Shown here piece after piece: positions 8,769 through 17,602 of a DNA stretch of 47,183 nt. The translations under genes were made by a program, and so were the position numbers. Position 1 is the first letter of the stretch. Each line of letters begins with the position of its first letter. Source of the stretch: an uncultured Candidatus Saccharibacteria bacterium (GTDB taxonomy: Bacteria > Patescibacteriota > Minisyncoccia > Phycocordibacterales > SIBU01); assembly GCA_964430335.1 (NCBI GenBank), contig CAYSEN010000002.1:1-47183 (forward strand). The letters are read 5' to 3'. Under the pieces are notes generated by a model. That model saw only the letters and a list, made by a program, of their open reading frames with translations. It made no database searches and was not told where the DNA came from.

Positions 8769-9269
8769 TTACTTCTGATTTTCCTTGTGTCTTTTCAACA
8801 ACCAAGAACTGGACTGAACCTTTCCACCAGCGCCAACATTATAAACTAAGCTAATACCAAGTTTTTCACACAATGCCACCTCAGGGACCGGGTCGCCATC
8901 AGGTTTTCTATCACCTCCATTTGCAAATATATGAGGTTTTATCTTTTCCAATTCAACACACACACTCATATCTGTAGGATTTGGACCATGACCAGTAATC
9001 ACAACCTCGTCGACAGCTCCAAATGATTCAATAATCTCCCTCCTTTCCTCTTCATTCATGAATTCAATGCCTTTTTTCTTTTTTAGCCAATTGTCGTTGT
9101 TCAAAATCACAATCAGCTTGTCACCCATGGCTTTTGCCTCATTAAACATACGGACGTGCCCTTTGTGAACGGGATCAAAACCACCGGACACCACAACAAC
9201 CACCGGCTCCTTCTTTGATTTCTTCTTACTATTTTTTTTCTTAATTATTTTTTTGGCCTTTTTTTTCAT
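8769..9269 (-). CDS. Cytidylyl/adenylyltransferase family protein (RfaE domain II / TagD-like) with a Lys-rich N-terminal extension
   Basis: VVVSGGFDPVHKGHVRMFNEAKAMGDKLIVILNND carries the (H/T)xGH nucleotidyltransferase motif. The first ~20 residues are MKKKAKKIIKKKNSKKKSKK. Confidence 0.75.
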   Translation of the reverse strand: MKKKAKKIIKKKNSKKKSKKEPVVVVVSGGFDPVHKGHVRMFNEAKAMGDKLIVILNNDNWLKKKKGIEFMNEEERREIIESFGAVDEVVITGHGPNPTDMSVCVELEKIKPHIFANGGDRKPDGDPVPEVALCEKLGISLVYNVGAGGKVQSSSWLLKRHKENQK

Positions 9270-9287
9270 AAAATTTACAAAATAATT

Positions 9288-10076
9288 TTAATCAAGCTTC
9301 AAAAGCCTGCCCGCTTTCTTTACATATGCAAACATTTTGTAAAAGAAAAATGTTATAACCGACGCATAAATAATGTTCGTGATAAGTCCTCCTGTAAACA
9401 ACGCCCATGAGAAATTACCAGTAGCGATCACTTCTCTCATACCCTCAAAAACGTAAGTGGATGGGAAAAAATACGATAATTTTTGCAGAAGCGGTGGTAG
9501 AACTGATACCGGATAAAAAACCGCAGTGAATGGCTGAAGTAGCATAATAAATCCGAAAGCAAGAACCTGTGCGGAAGTACCATAACGCAAGATAATGGCG
9601 GTAGTAAACAAACCGAGCACCGAACCAAACATCAGTAAATTAAACATGAATGGAATAAGAGTGAATCCGAATGTAAACAGATTGAAATGATAGAAAAATA
9701 AGGCGATTAAAAACATCACAATACCTACCATAAAAATTCTAACTGCAGCCAAAATAAACGTAGAAGCAATAAATTCCCCAACCTTAAGTGGGGTTACGAA
9801 AATGTTGAGAAAGTTTTTCTCCCAAACTTCTTCTAGAAAAGCTACCGACACCGCTCGCTGGGACTGAGCCAGAAAATCCCAGAAAATAACTGCGCCAAGA
9901 AGGACCGTCACTGCATTAAATCCAGAAACATTCATTTTTTCAATGAATGTGCTAATAAAACCCCAGAGCAGAAGTTCCATTACAGGCCAATAAAAAATGT
10001 CCATGAGTCGAGGCACACTTCTCTTATAAAGATACAGATGGCGCATTATAAGACCGTTTATTCGAGATAGTTTCAT
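9288..10076 (-). CDS. ABC-2 type transporter permease
   Basis: 262 aa with about 6 hydrophobic spans, immediately downstream of the ABC ATPase (4-nt gap). Confidence 0.7.
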   Translation of the reverse strand: MKLSRINGLIMRHLYLYKRSVPRLMDIFYWPVMELLLWGFISTFIEKMNVSGFNAVTVLLGAVIFWDFLAQSQRAVSVAFLEEVWEKNFLNIFVTPLKVGEFIASTFILAAVRIFMVGIVMFLIALFFYHFNLFTFGFTLIPFMFNLLMFGSVLGLFTTAIILRYGTSAQVLAFGFIMLLQPFTAVFYPVSVLPPLLQKLSYFFPSTYVFEGMREVIATGNFSWALFTGGLITNIIYASVITFFFYKMFAYVKKAGRLLKLD

Positions 10077-10080
10077 AAAA

Positions 10081-10824
10081 TTATTTGTCTACTTGATTAT
10101 CCTGCCCTCTAGCGATCGCCAAAAACACATCGTTTAAATCCTTGCGACCGTATTTTGCAACCAAATCAGCTGGAGTGCCTGCGTCTTTTAATTTACCATT
10201 CTGAATGAAAATAACCCGATCACAAATCTCCTCCACTTCCTCCATGTTATGTGAAGTGTAAAGCATGGTCACTTTCCTTTCATTGCGAATCTTAAGAAGC
10301 ATTTTTCTTGTTCGGTCGGCAATGTCCGGATCAAGCGAGGATGTTGGTTCGTCTAAAAGCATAAGCTTTGGACTATTAAGAAGCGCCTTTGTGAGGTTGA
10401 GCCTTGCGAGCTGACCGGTTGAAAGCGACGAGGTCATTTTTGGTAAAAGCGCGCGAATTTCAAAAAAATCTGCCAATGATTCAATGGTACCCTTAACATC
10501 CTTCACACTGTAAAGTCTGGCAAAAGTAGCAAGGTTTTCCCAGGCGGTTAGGTTACCTGGCAAAGAAACGTAAGGCGAAGAAAAATTCATGGTACTTAAA
10601 ATCTCCTCTCGGTGATGCTTCATATCCATGCCAAAAACCTTTATTTCACCGGAAGTTGGCGTGATCAAATCCAAAATCATCTGAATTGTAGTGGTCTTTC
10701 CCGCACCATTTGGACCAAGCAGGCCACAGATTTCTCCCTCATGAACCTCAAAAGACAGTCCGTTTACGGCTGGCACTTTGTTAAACTCCTTGTATAAATT
10801 TTTGACCTCTATAACAGTTTTCAT
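10081..10824 (-). CDS. ABC transporter ATP-binding protein
   Basis: Walker A GPNGAGKTTT, signature LSTGQ, Walker B LMLLDEPTSSLD. Confidence 0.9.
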   Translation of the reverse strand: MKTVIEVKNLYKEFNKVPAVNGLSFEVHEGEICGLLGPNGAGKTTTIQMILDLITPTSGEIKVFGMDMKHHREEILSTMNFSSPYVSLPGNLTAWENLATFARLYSVKDVKGTIESLADFFEIRALLPKMTSSLSTGQLARLNLTKALLNSPKLMLLDEPTSSLDPDIADRTRKMLLKIRNERKVTMLYTSHNMEEVEEICDRVIFIQNGKLKDAGTPADLVAKYGRKDLNDVFLAIARGQDNQVDK

Positions 10825-10851
10825 GCGAGTGATTATAACAGAATATAGAGT

Positions 10852-11286
10852 TTAAGCATCAAAGAAAGTTTTGCCAGTTTTATAACTCTCGATTGTCTCT
10901 TTAATTCCAGCAAACAAAGGTGATGGGAGATTGTCTAAGTCATACCAGCCCCATGATTCACATTTTTCTGGTTCCATGACCTTTGGTTCACCTGACGCCC
11001 AATCTGATACAAAAGAGATGTCCAAATAATGTTTCGGTTTAAACTCTTTGAGATTGTAGACTCTAAGAAAACGGGTATTTTTAATTTCAATCCCGGCTTC
11101 TTCCCTCACCTCGCGACGAAGACACTCTTCAAGAGATTCCATGTGTTCTAAATGTCCTCCAGGCCAAGCAAAATATCCCTCCCCTAATTTACTCTTTCTT
11201 TTTCCGAGCAGAACCTTGCCATCTTTAAAAATCATGGTACCTAGTCCGACAGCGGGTCTTAAATTTTTATCAAATCGTAGCGTCAT
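10852..11286 (-). CDS. NUDIX hydrolase
   Basis: Nudix box GGHLEHMESLEECLRREVREEAGIE. Confidence 0.85.
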   Translation of the reverse strand: MTLRFDKNLRPAVGLGTMIFKDGKVLLGKRKSKLGEGYFAWPGGHLEHMESLEECLRREVREEAGIEIKNTRFLRVYNLKEFKPKHYLDISFVSDWASGEPKVMEPEKCESWGWYDLDNLPSPLFAGIKETIESYKTGKTFFDA

Positions 11287-11291
11287 AAATT

Positions 11292-11879
11292 TTAAAGGTT
11301 TTTAGAAATAATATCTTTAACGTCTTCGACACCATTAAAAATAAAAGATTTAATCCCTAGACTTTCAGCAACTTCTATATTTTTGCTTTGATCATCAAAG
11401 AAAAGACATTCAGACGGTTTCAAGGAATTCTCATCTAGGATTTTTTTCCATGCCATTTTGTCTGGTTTTACAAATCCTGTCTGCCAAGAAAAATAAGCCT
11501 TATCTATTATCTCACCTAGCCAAGGGTAGTGCTCATAATACTCTGACCTCTCTTTAAAATTATTTGATAACAGGAAAATTTTCAAACCCTTTTTTCTCAA
11601 ATCTCTTGCAAAACTGACCATATCCTCTGAGACTATTTCTTGTTTAAACCAGTAATCCCAAAATTCTTGTTCAGAAAATTTTACATTCCATTTCTGTAAA
11701 ACAGGTTGCCAAAACTTAAAAGCTCCGCCTGCGTTTGGCCTACGAACCTCTTCCATAATTTTTGAAAGCTCAATCAAAAATTCCGGTACAGGCACGTTAA
11801 AATCATCCTTAAACCTTTTACTCAGCTTAGGAGCATCTATAAATATTCCGTTTAAATCAAAAATGATGGCCTTGATCAT
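11292..11879 (-). CDS. HAD-superfamily hydrolase-like protein (motif I reads DLN rather than DxD)
   Basis: IKAIIFDLNGIF is motif I. LLSNN and FFDDQSKN resemble motifs II to IV. Confidence 0.65.
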   Translation of the reverse strand: MIKAIIFDLNGIFIDAPKLSKRFKDDFNVPVPEFLIELSKIMEEVRRPNAGGAFKFWQPVLQKWNVKFSEQEFWDYWFKQEIVSEDMVSFARDLRKKGLKIFLLSNNFKERSEYYEHYPWLGEIIDKAYFSWQTGFVKPDKMAWKKILDENSLKPSECLFFDDQSKNIEVAESLGIKSFIFNGVEDVKDIISKNL

Positions 11880-11892
11880 ACCTATTTAGCAA

Positions 11893-12102
11893 TTATTTTT
11901 CGCAAATAAATTTAAATCTTTTCACCTTTACCCCATCTCTTTCTATCTCCTCTTCAAACATCGCTCTTGGCCTTACCCACAACCCGTGTTCACCGTAAAG
12001 TGCACGGTACACTACCAATTCCTCCATAGTTTCGCTATGTTTGGCCAAACCAATTACTTCGTACCTATTTCCTTTATAATGCTCGTAAATTCCTAATTTC
12101 AT
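11893..12102 (-). CDS. DUF1653-like small protein
   Basis: YEHYKGNRYEVIGLAKHSETMEELVVYRALYGEHGLWVRP matches the DUF1653 pattern from memory. There is a 4-nt overlap with the upstream NUDIX gene. Confidence 0.55.
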   Translation of the reverse strand: MKLGIYEHYKGNRYEVIGLAKHSETMEELVVYRALYGEHGLWVRPRAMFEEEIERDGVKVKRFKFICEK

Positions 12103-12530
12103 ATTTTATAAGTATTTTTTATACACTCATCTTCATCTAAAATGAGATCGAGAGACAAGGCTTCACTCGGAGTTACCCATCTGAAATCTTTATGCTCCTC
12201 TTTACTCAAAACCACATCAGGGAAATTCTTGATTTCAGATTTAAAAATATCGAACACGAAATCGTAATCGGGGTACCTCACAAAAACTTTTTTGCTGTGC
12301 TTAACAGAGTCATTGTTTAGAGCAATACCAGTTTCCTCCTTAACCTCTCTTAAAACAGCGAGTTTTTCGCTTTCTCCTTCGTCTATTTTCCCTGCTGGTA
12401 CGCCCCATTTGCCTCCTTGTGATTTGTTATCCTGTCTTTGCAATAAAAGAATTTTGCCATCACATTCAACAAAACAGCTAACCACTTCGAACTTGGGATT
12501 AAATTTTTCAGGCAGATCTTTATAAATCAT
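12099..12530 (-). CDS. NUDIX hydrolase
   Basis: Nudix box AGKIDEGESEKLAVLREVKEETGI. Confidence 0.85.
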   Translation of the reverse strand: MIYKDLPEKFNPKFEVVSCFVECDGKILLLQRQDNKSQGGKWGVPAGKIDEGESEKLAVLREVKEETGIALNNDSVKHSKKVFVRYPDYDFVFDIFKSEIKNFPDVVLSKEEHKDFRWVTPSEALSLDLILDEDECIKNTYKI

Positions 12531-12534
12531 AAAT

Positions 12535-12975
12535 TTACCAGCCGAACTCTGAATAATTGACTCCTTGGTTATAGCAATCTATAAACTGCCCGATGTACGG
12601 AATTACATTTCGCGGCAAATCATCCTTAGAAAACCATGATAAATCATCACATTTATGGGGTTCCGTATTTTTGATTTCACCCTCCCATTTTTCCACAGTG
12701 AAAAACATATCGAGTCTTTCATGATCGCCACAGTGTCGGTGCATCAGATGAACCATTTTTAATTTGCTCGGATCGATAGTAATTCCAATCTCCTCTTTGG
12801 CTTCACGTACCATTGCCTCTCTCGCAGTCTCATTACCTTCCAAGTGCCCTGCAGGAAAACTATAATTTCCATCTTCAAAACCCGTGTTAAATCTTCGAGA
12901 AAATAAAATTTGTTCATTCTTCTCCAACACTAAATACACAGCGGGAGTAATTTTGAATCTTTCTTGTTGTGACAT
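12535..12975 (-). CDS. NUDIX hydrolase (start moved to an internal Met)
   Basis: Nudix box AGHLEGNETAREAMVREAKEEIGI. The track ORF extends to 13035 and would overlap the secA 3' end by 49 nt. The Met at 12975 (MSQQERF...) avoids that overlap. Confidence 0.75.
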   Translation of the reverse strand: MSQQERFKITPAVYLVLEKNEQILFSRRFNTGFEDGNYSFPAGHLEGNETAREAMVREAKEEIGITIDPSKLKMVHLMHRHCGDHERLDMFFTVEKWEGEIKNTEPHKCDDLSWFSKDDLPRNVIPYIGQFIDCYNQGVNYSEFGW

Positions 12976-12986
12976 AGGTAAATTTC

Positions 12987-15500
12987 CTAGGCTCCGTGAC
13001 ATTTCTTGTACTTCTTTCCACTGCCACAAGGACACAAGTCGTTTCTTCCCACTTTGTCATCAGACACTTTCGCGCCAAAAGATTCGCTAGGTAAATTACC
13101 ATTATGTTCAGCATTTGACTCAATGTCCCCCGAACCAAGTATCTCCGCCTGTTCATGAACTTCACGCACTTTCACTGGCTCGATTTTCATAGAGGAACCC
13201 GACACAGCGACAATATTAGGAATCATTTTTACAATCTGATCGGCGGTTACATCTTCCATTTCCTTAAAGAGTCTCAATCCTTCCTTTTTATACTCTACAA
13301 GCGGATCTCTTTGACCATAAGCTCGGAGATTAACAGAACTTCTCATGTAGTCCATGATTTCCAAATGTTCAATCCAAAATGTATCAATCGCCTGGAGCAT
13401 CAATCGTCTTAAACCATTGAAAAATTCCAAATCTCCAACTTGCTTTTTCTTTTCTGAAACCATCTTTGTGAAATCTTCATCACCACCAACCATTTCAAAG
13501 AGAGTTTGTTCCAACTCTTCAACAGAGCCCTGTAAAATATTTCTTCTTCGGCCGTAGATTATTGTTCTTTGATGATTTAAAACATCGTCGTATTCTAAAA
13601 CGTGTTTTCTGGCATCAAAGTTAAAGCCTTCGATTTTAGTTTGCGCAGTTTCGAGTGAACGAGTAATGAGACCATTTTCAATCGCCTCGTCTTCAGGAAT
13701 ATTAAATCGGCCCATCATTTTTTTGATAGTGTCCGAGGCAAAAACTCTCATCAACGAATCATCTAAGGAAACAAAAAATTGAGTTTCTCCAGGATCCCCC
13801 TGTCTTCCCGATCGTCCTCTTAGCTGATTATCAATTCTCCTAGCTTCATGTCTTTCTGTTCCGAGAACAAAAAGGCCTCCTAATTTTCTGATTTCATCTG
13901 AAATTTGTTCTGTTGTTGGATTTCCTCCGAGTTTAATATCAACTCCTCTTCCAGCCATGTTGGTAGCAATCGTAACCGCCCCTTTTCTTCCAGCCTGAGC
14001 AATGATTTCTCCTTCTCGCTCGTGATTTTTAGCGTTTAAAATTTCGTGAGGCACCCCTTCTAATTTCAGATAATCACTGAGCAACTCATTCTTATCAATC
14101 GAAACAGTACCAATTAAAACCGGCTGACCCTTGGCATGTCTTTTTTTCACCTCTCTAGCGATTGCTTTAAACTTTCCGATTTCTGTTTGGAAAATTAAGT
14201 CGTTTTGGTCTATACGGGCGATTGGTTTGTTCGTCGGTACGACCAATGTATCCATGCCGTACACCTTGAAAAATTCTTCAGAAGAAGTCTTAGCTGTTCC
14301 TGTCATTCCGCTTAACTTTTTGTAAAGTCTAAAGTAATTTTGGAAAGTAATCGAAGCCATTGTTCGAGATTCTTTTTGAACCTCAACACCTTCCTTTGCC
14401 TCAATAGCCTGATGTAAACCTTCAGACCATCTGCGACCTGGTTGCAAACGTCCCGTAAATTCATCAACAATCACAACCTGACCTTCCTTAACCACATACT
14501 CCTTGTCTTTATGAAATAAAGCTTTGGCTTTGACTGCCGTCTCTAGGTGATGAACATACTTAATCCCTTTTTCAGTATAGATGTTACCCACTCCTAATTT
14601 TTTCTCCGCTTTTTCTATTCCTTTGTCAGTTAGGGTAATAGCTCGAAGTTTTTCATCAACTTTAAAATCATGATCTACGATAAATGTATCGGCAATTTTT
14701 GCAAAACTAGAGTACAAATCTTCCGAATCAGAAGTCGCCGCAGAGATGATAAGAGGTGTTCGAGATTCATCAATCAAAATTGAGTCTACTTCGTCAACGA
14801 TTGCGAAATTGTAATCTCTCTGTCTTAACTCCTTTTCATCATAGGAAATATTATCTCGAAGATAATCAAATCCAAATTCATTATTAGTTCCATAGGTAAT
14901 ATCTGCACCGTATGCCTCTCTGCGACTTACTGGTCTTAGAAACTCATGTATGACCTTAAACGATCCGACTTCATCACGTTTCTCATCCAATTCTGTATGA
15001 GCAGGATCGTAAATAAAAGAGCTTTCGTGGTTGATTACACCAACTGTTAGTCCTAAAAAAGAGTAAATCTGTCCCATCCAAGCAGCGTCTCTTCGAGACA
15101 AATAGTCGTTTACAGTCACAACATGAACTCCCTTTCCAGTTAATGCGTTCAGATATGCGGGCAAGGTAGCGACCAAGGTCTTACCTTCTCCAGTTCTCAT
15201 TTCAGCGATATTTCCTTTATGCAAAATAATTCCTCCGATCAGCTGAACATCAAAATGTCTTTGACCCAAAGTTCTTCTTGAGGCTTCTCTAACCACAGCA
15301 AAAGCTTCTGGTAAAATTTCATCAAGTGTTCTGCCTGATTCTAACTGGCTTTTAAAAAATTTTGTTCGTCCTGCTAAGGCCTCGTCTGAAAGCGACTGAA
15401 TAGAATTCTCTAAATTATTAATTTCAGTAACTATTGGCAAAAAAGCCTTGATTTTAGACTCATTGCCGTCACCTATAATTTTCTTTAAAAATGAGAGCAT
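12987..15500 (-). CDS. secA: Preprotein translocase ATPase SecA
   Basis: 837 aa with MRTGEGKTLVATLPAYLNAL (Walker A), DEVDSILIDE (DEAD-like) and the C-terminal zinc motif CPCGSGKKYKKCHG. Confidence 0.97.
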   Translation of the reverse strand: MLSFLKKIIGDGNESKIKAFLPIVTEINNLENSIQSLSDEALAGRTKFFKSQLESGRTLDEILPEAFAVVREASRRTLGQRHFDVQLIGGIILHKGNIAEMRTGEGKTLVATLPAYLNALTGKGVHVVTVNDYLSRRDAAWMGQIYSFLGLTVGVINHESSFIYDPAHTELDEKRDEVGSFKVIHEFLRPVSRREAYGADITYGTNNEFGFDYLRDNISYDEKELRQRDYNFAIVDEVDSILIDESRTPLIISAATSDSEDLYSSFAKIADTFIVDHDFKVDEKLRAITLTDKGIEKAEKKLGVGNIYTEKGIKYVHHLETAVKAKALFHKDKEYVVKEGQVVIVDEFTGRLQPGRRWSEGLHQAIEAKEGVEVQKESRTMASITFQNYFRLYKKLSGMTGTAKTSSEEFFKVYGMDTLVVPTNKPIARIDQNDLIFQTEIGKFKAIAREVKKRHAKGQPVLIGTVSIDKNELLSDYLKLEGVPHEILNAKNHEREGEIIAQAGRKGAVTIATNMAGRGVDIKLGGNPTTEQISDEIRKLGGLFVLGTERHEARRIDNQLRGRSGRQGDPGETQFFVSLDDSLMRVFASDTIKKMMGRFNIPEDEAIENGLITRSLETAQTKIEGFNFDARKHVLEYDDVLNHQRTIIYGRRRNILQGSVEELEQTLFEMVGGDEDFTKMVSEKKKQVGDLEFFNGLRRLMLQAIDTFWIEHLEIMDYMRSSVNLRAYGQRDPLVEYKKEGLRLFKEMEDVTADQIVKMIPNIVAVSGSSMKIEPVKVREVHEQAEILGSGDIESNAEHNGNLPSESFGAKVSDDKVGRNDLCPCGSGKKYKKCHGA

Positions 15501-15530
15501 TTCCGTATACTAACATAAAAAAACAATCAC

Positions 15531-15563
15531 AGAAAACACCTCTATCAATTAGAGGTGTTTTCT
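15531..15563 (-). terminator. Hairpin terminator downstream of the 15582-16412 gene
   Basis: Stem agaaaacacctct, loop atcaatt, stem agaggtgttttct. On the minus strand a T-rich stretch follows (gtgattgttttttt). Confidence 0.65.
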
Positions 15564-15581
15564 GATGATTTTGCAAACTAA

Positions 15582-16412
15582 TTATTGATTTGCAATAGGC
15601 AGATGCTCATTTGGCTGTTTAAAGTTTAGATAAAGTACAAGTAGTGTAATAACAAAGAAAGTTGATTTAGAAGTACCTAGGCCAGATATAGCCCCAAGAC
15701 CGTACAATACGGAGGCGGGAGTGACAGCATAAAGGCCCGCAATGTAGAAATTCTTAAAAGTGTAAGGAACCTTAGCGATCTTAGCGGTTACAAGGGCTAC
15801 CAAAGAGGTAATGAGCAAGATTAACAGTACTTGCAAAGTGAATCCTACGAAGAACGCGATGAAGGCAAAAAAGAAAATAGCAATTGAGAATAGCCAGTGA
15901 TAACCAGCTATATAATCGATCCATCCGTAAATCTTTGTCTGATTAATAGAAAAGTTGGGCATTCTGCTTAAGTCAAGAAATTCCAAACGTCCATCATTTT
16001 TAGACATTACAACATAATTCTTGCCCAAAAGAATCTCGGTATCGTAGTTTTTAAAACCGTCTAAACTAAAATCTTTTTTAGTATCAATTACAAGTACATT
16101 TGAATGGATTCTACCCTTTACTGAGATTCCACTTTTATCCTTTATGAAATAAGGTTCAGTAACACTGGTTGAAACATTTCCATTTTTTATATCGATATTC
16201 AACTCTGAAGGATAAAAATCAACCAGCTTTCGCAAATTCTCCTTTGAAAATTCTGGAGCGATGTATACACCAACAACAAATGCCACGGCGACAGACATCA
16301 AACTAACCAGAGACAAAATATATTTAAATGCAACCGAAAATTTTTCGTCTTTGGCACTCTTGTAAAATCCTGGATTGTAGAAAGAGCTTTTAAAAGTTTG
16401 TAAAAAGTTCAT
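15582..16412 (-). CDS. Integral membrane protein, possibly DUF1189-like
   Basis: 276 aa with an N-terminal TM, a soluble middle part and a C-terminal cluster of TM helices. The family guess comes from the N-terminal pattern only. Confidence 0.35.
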   Translation of the reverse strand: MNFLQTFKSSFYNPGFYKSAKDEKFSVAFKYILSLVSLMSVAVAFVVGVYIAPEFSKENLRKLVDFYPSELNIDIKNGNVSTSVTEPYFIKDKSGISVKGRIHSNVLVIDTKKDFSLDGFKNYDTEILLGKNYVVMSKNDGRLEFLDLSRMPNFSINQTKIYGWIDYIAGYHWLFSIAIFFFAFIAFFVGFTLQVLLILLITSLVALVTAKIAKVPYTFKNFYIAGLYAVTPASVLYGLGAISGLGTSKSTFFVITLLVLYLNFKQPNEHLPIANQ

Positions 16413-16445
16413 TTTTTTAAATTAGTTTTTAAGCGCAATGCTATT

Positions 16446-17507
16446 TTACAATTTTTCTACCTCCCAAGCAACCTCGATTCCGGTTTTGTCGAACACTTTT
16501 TGTGCAATATTAACTGCAAAATTTTCAACTTGCTGAGAGTTGGCTCCACCATTATTTACTATGACTATCGGTTGAAATTCATAAAGGCCGACAGGGCCTT
16601 CCGAAAATCCTTTTAAGCCACAAACCTTATCCAAAATCCACGCAAGCGAAACTTTTACCAAAGATTTGTCTATTCCACCTTGATTTGCAGGGAAATTTGG
16701 AATTTCTGGGTAATCTTTTTTAATCTTCTCAAACGACTCATTAGAAATTATCGGGTTTTTGAAAAACGAGCCAGCCGTACCAAAAATTTTTAGATCAGGA
16801 AACTTTTTACTTCTAATTTCCAACACGGCATTTCTTACGGTCTTTAGTGTCGCCGTTTCTGCTTTACCTGAAAAATAATTCGCAAGGTCTTTATACTCTA
16901 AATTTAGTTTGCCAGTCTTTCTCAATTTGAAAGTTACAGACAATACTACAAAATTTTTTCCTTCCTTAGTCTTGAAAAAACTATCTCTATAAGCAAAGTG
17001 GCAATCCTTATTTTCAAAAATTTTTATTCCGCCGTCTCTAGTATCAAGCGTTTCAACAGAGAAAATTGTATCTTTAACCTCAACACCGTACGCACCAATG
17101 TTTTGGACCGGCGTCGCGCCGACTGTTCCGGGAATGCCTGAGAGATTTTCGAGTCCGTATAATTCTCTACTGACGCACGCATCTACAAAACTGTCCCAAT
17201 TTTCGCCAGCTCCAGCCTTAGCTAAAACAAAATCCCCTTCTTCTATAAATTCCAATCCTAAAATCTCATTCTTTATAACCACGCCTTGGAAACCAAGGTC
17301 ACTGACCAAAAGATTTGAACCTCCTCCCAAAACAAAAATCGGAAAGCTGTTCTCGTGCGCGAAGCCTACGGCTTCGCGCACATCTTCAATACTCTTCGCA
17401 CGAAAAAAGTATTTGGCCTCTCCGCCAATTTTGAAAGTTGTGTATTCTCTAAGAAAAATATTTTCCTCGGGTTTAAGCGCCATAAAATTTCCCTGCTTAG
17501 AACACAT
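16446..17507 (-). CDS. murB: UDP-N-acetylenolpyruvoylglucosamine reductase
   Basis: YTTFKIGGEAKYF and the FAD-binding GGGSNLLV match long-form MurB. The true start may be the Met at 17483. Confidence 0.9.
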   Translation of the reverse strand: MCSKQGNFMALKPEENIFLREYTTFKIGGEAKYFFRAKSIEDVREAVGFAHENSFPIFVLGGGSNLLVSDLGFQGVVIKNEILGLEFIEEGDFVLAKAGAGENWDSFVDACVSRELYGLENLSGIPGTVGATPVQNIGAYGVEVKDTIFSVETLDTRDGGIKIFENKDCHFAYRDSFFKTKEGKNFVVLSVTFKLRKTGKLNLEYKDLANYFSGKAETATLKTVRNAVLEIRSKKFPDLKIFGTAGSFFKNPIISNESFEKIKKDYPEIPNFPANQGGIDKSLVKVSLAWILDKVCGLKGFSEGPVGLYEFQPIVIVNNGGANSQQVENFAVNIAQKVFDKTGIEVAWEVEKL

Positions 17508-17560
17508 GTTAACTCAAAAATCAAAAACTCGGTAGTTCGTAAGATGGAACGTAAACTAAA

Positions 17561-17596
17561 AGCCCCGCGGAAGCAAAGCTTCCGCGGGGCTTTTTT
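17561..17596 (-). terminator. Strong GC-rich hairpin terminator after the O-antigen-ligase-like gene
   Basis: A 14-bp stem: agccccgcggaagc, loop aaa, gcttccgcggggct. A and T runs flank it on both sides. Confidence 0.85.
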
Positions 17597-17602
17597 CTAA
17601 AA

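Noticed and set aside
6582-13165. Internal antisense or alternative-frame track ORFs such as 6582-6890, 9437-9628, 12292-12525, 12884-13090 and 12914-13165.
   Set aside because: Each is fully nested in, or overlaps, a confidently assigned conserved gene (obg, the ABC-2 permease, the NUDIX genes, secA). None has a recognisable motif.
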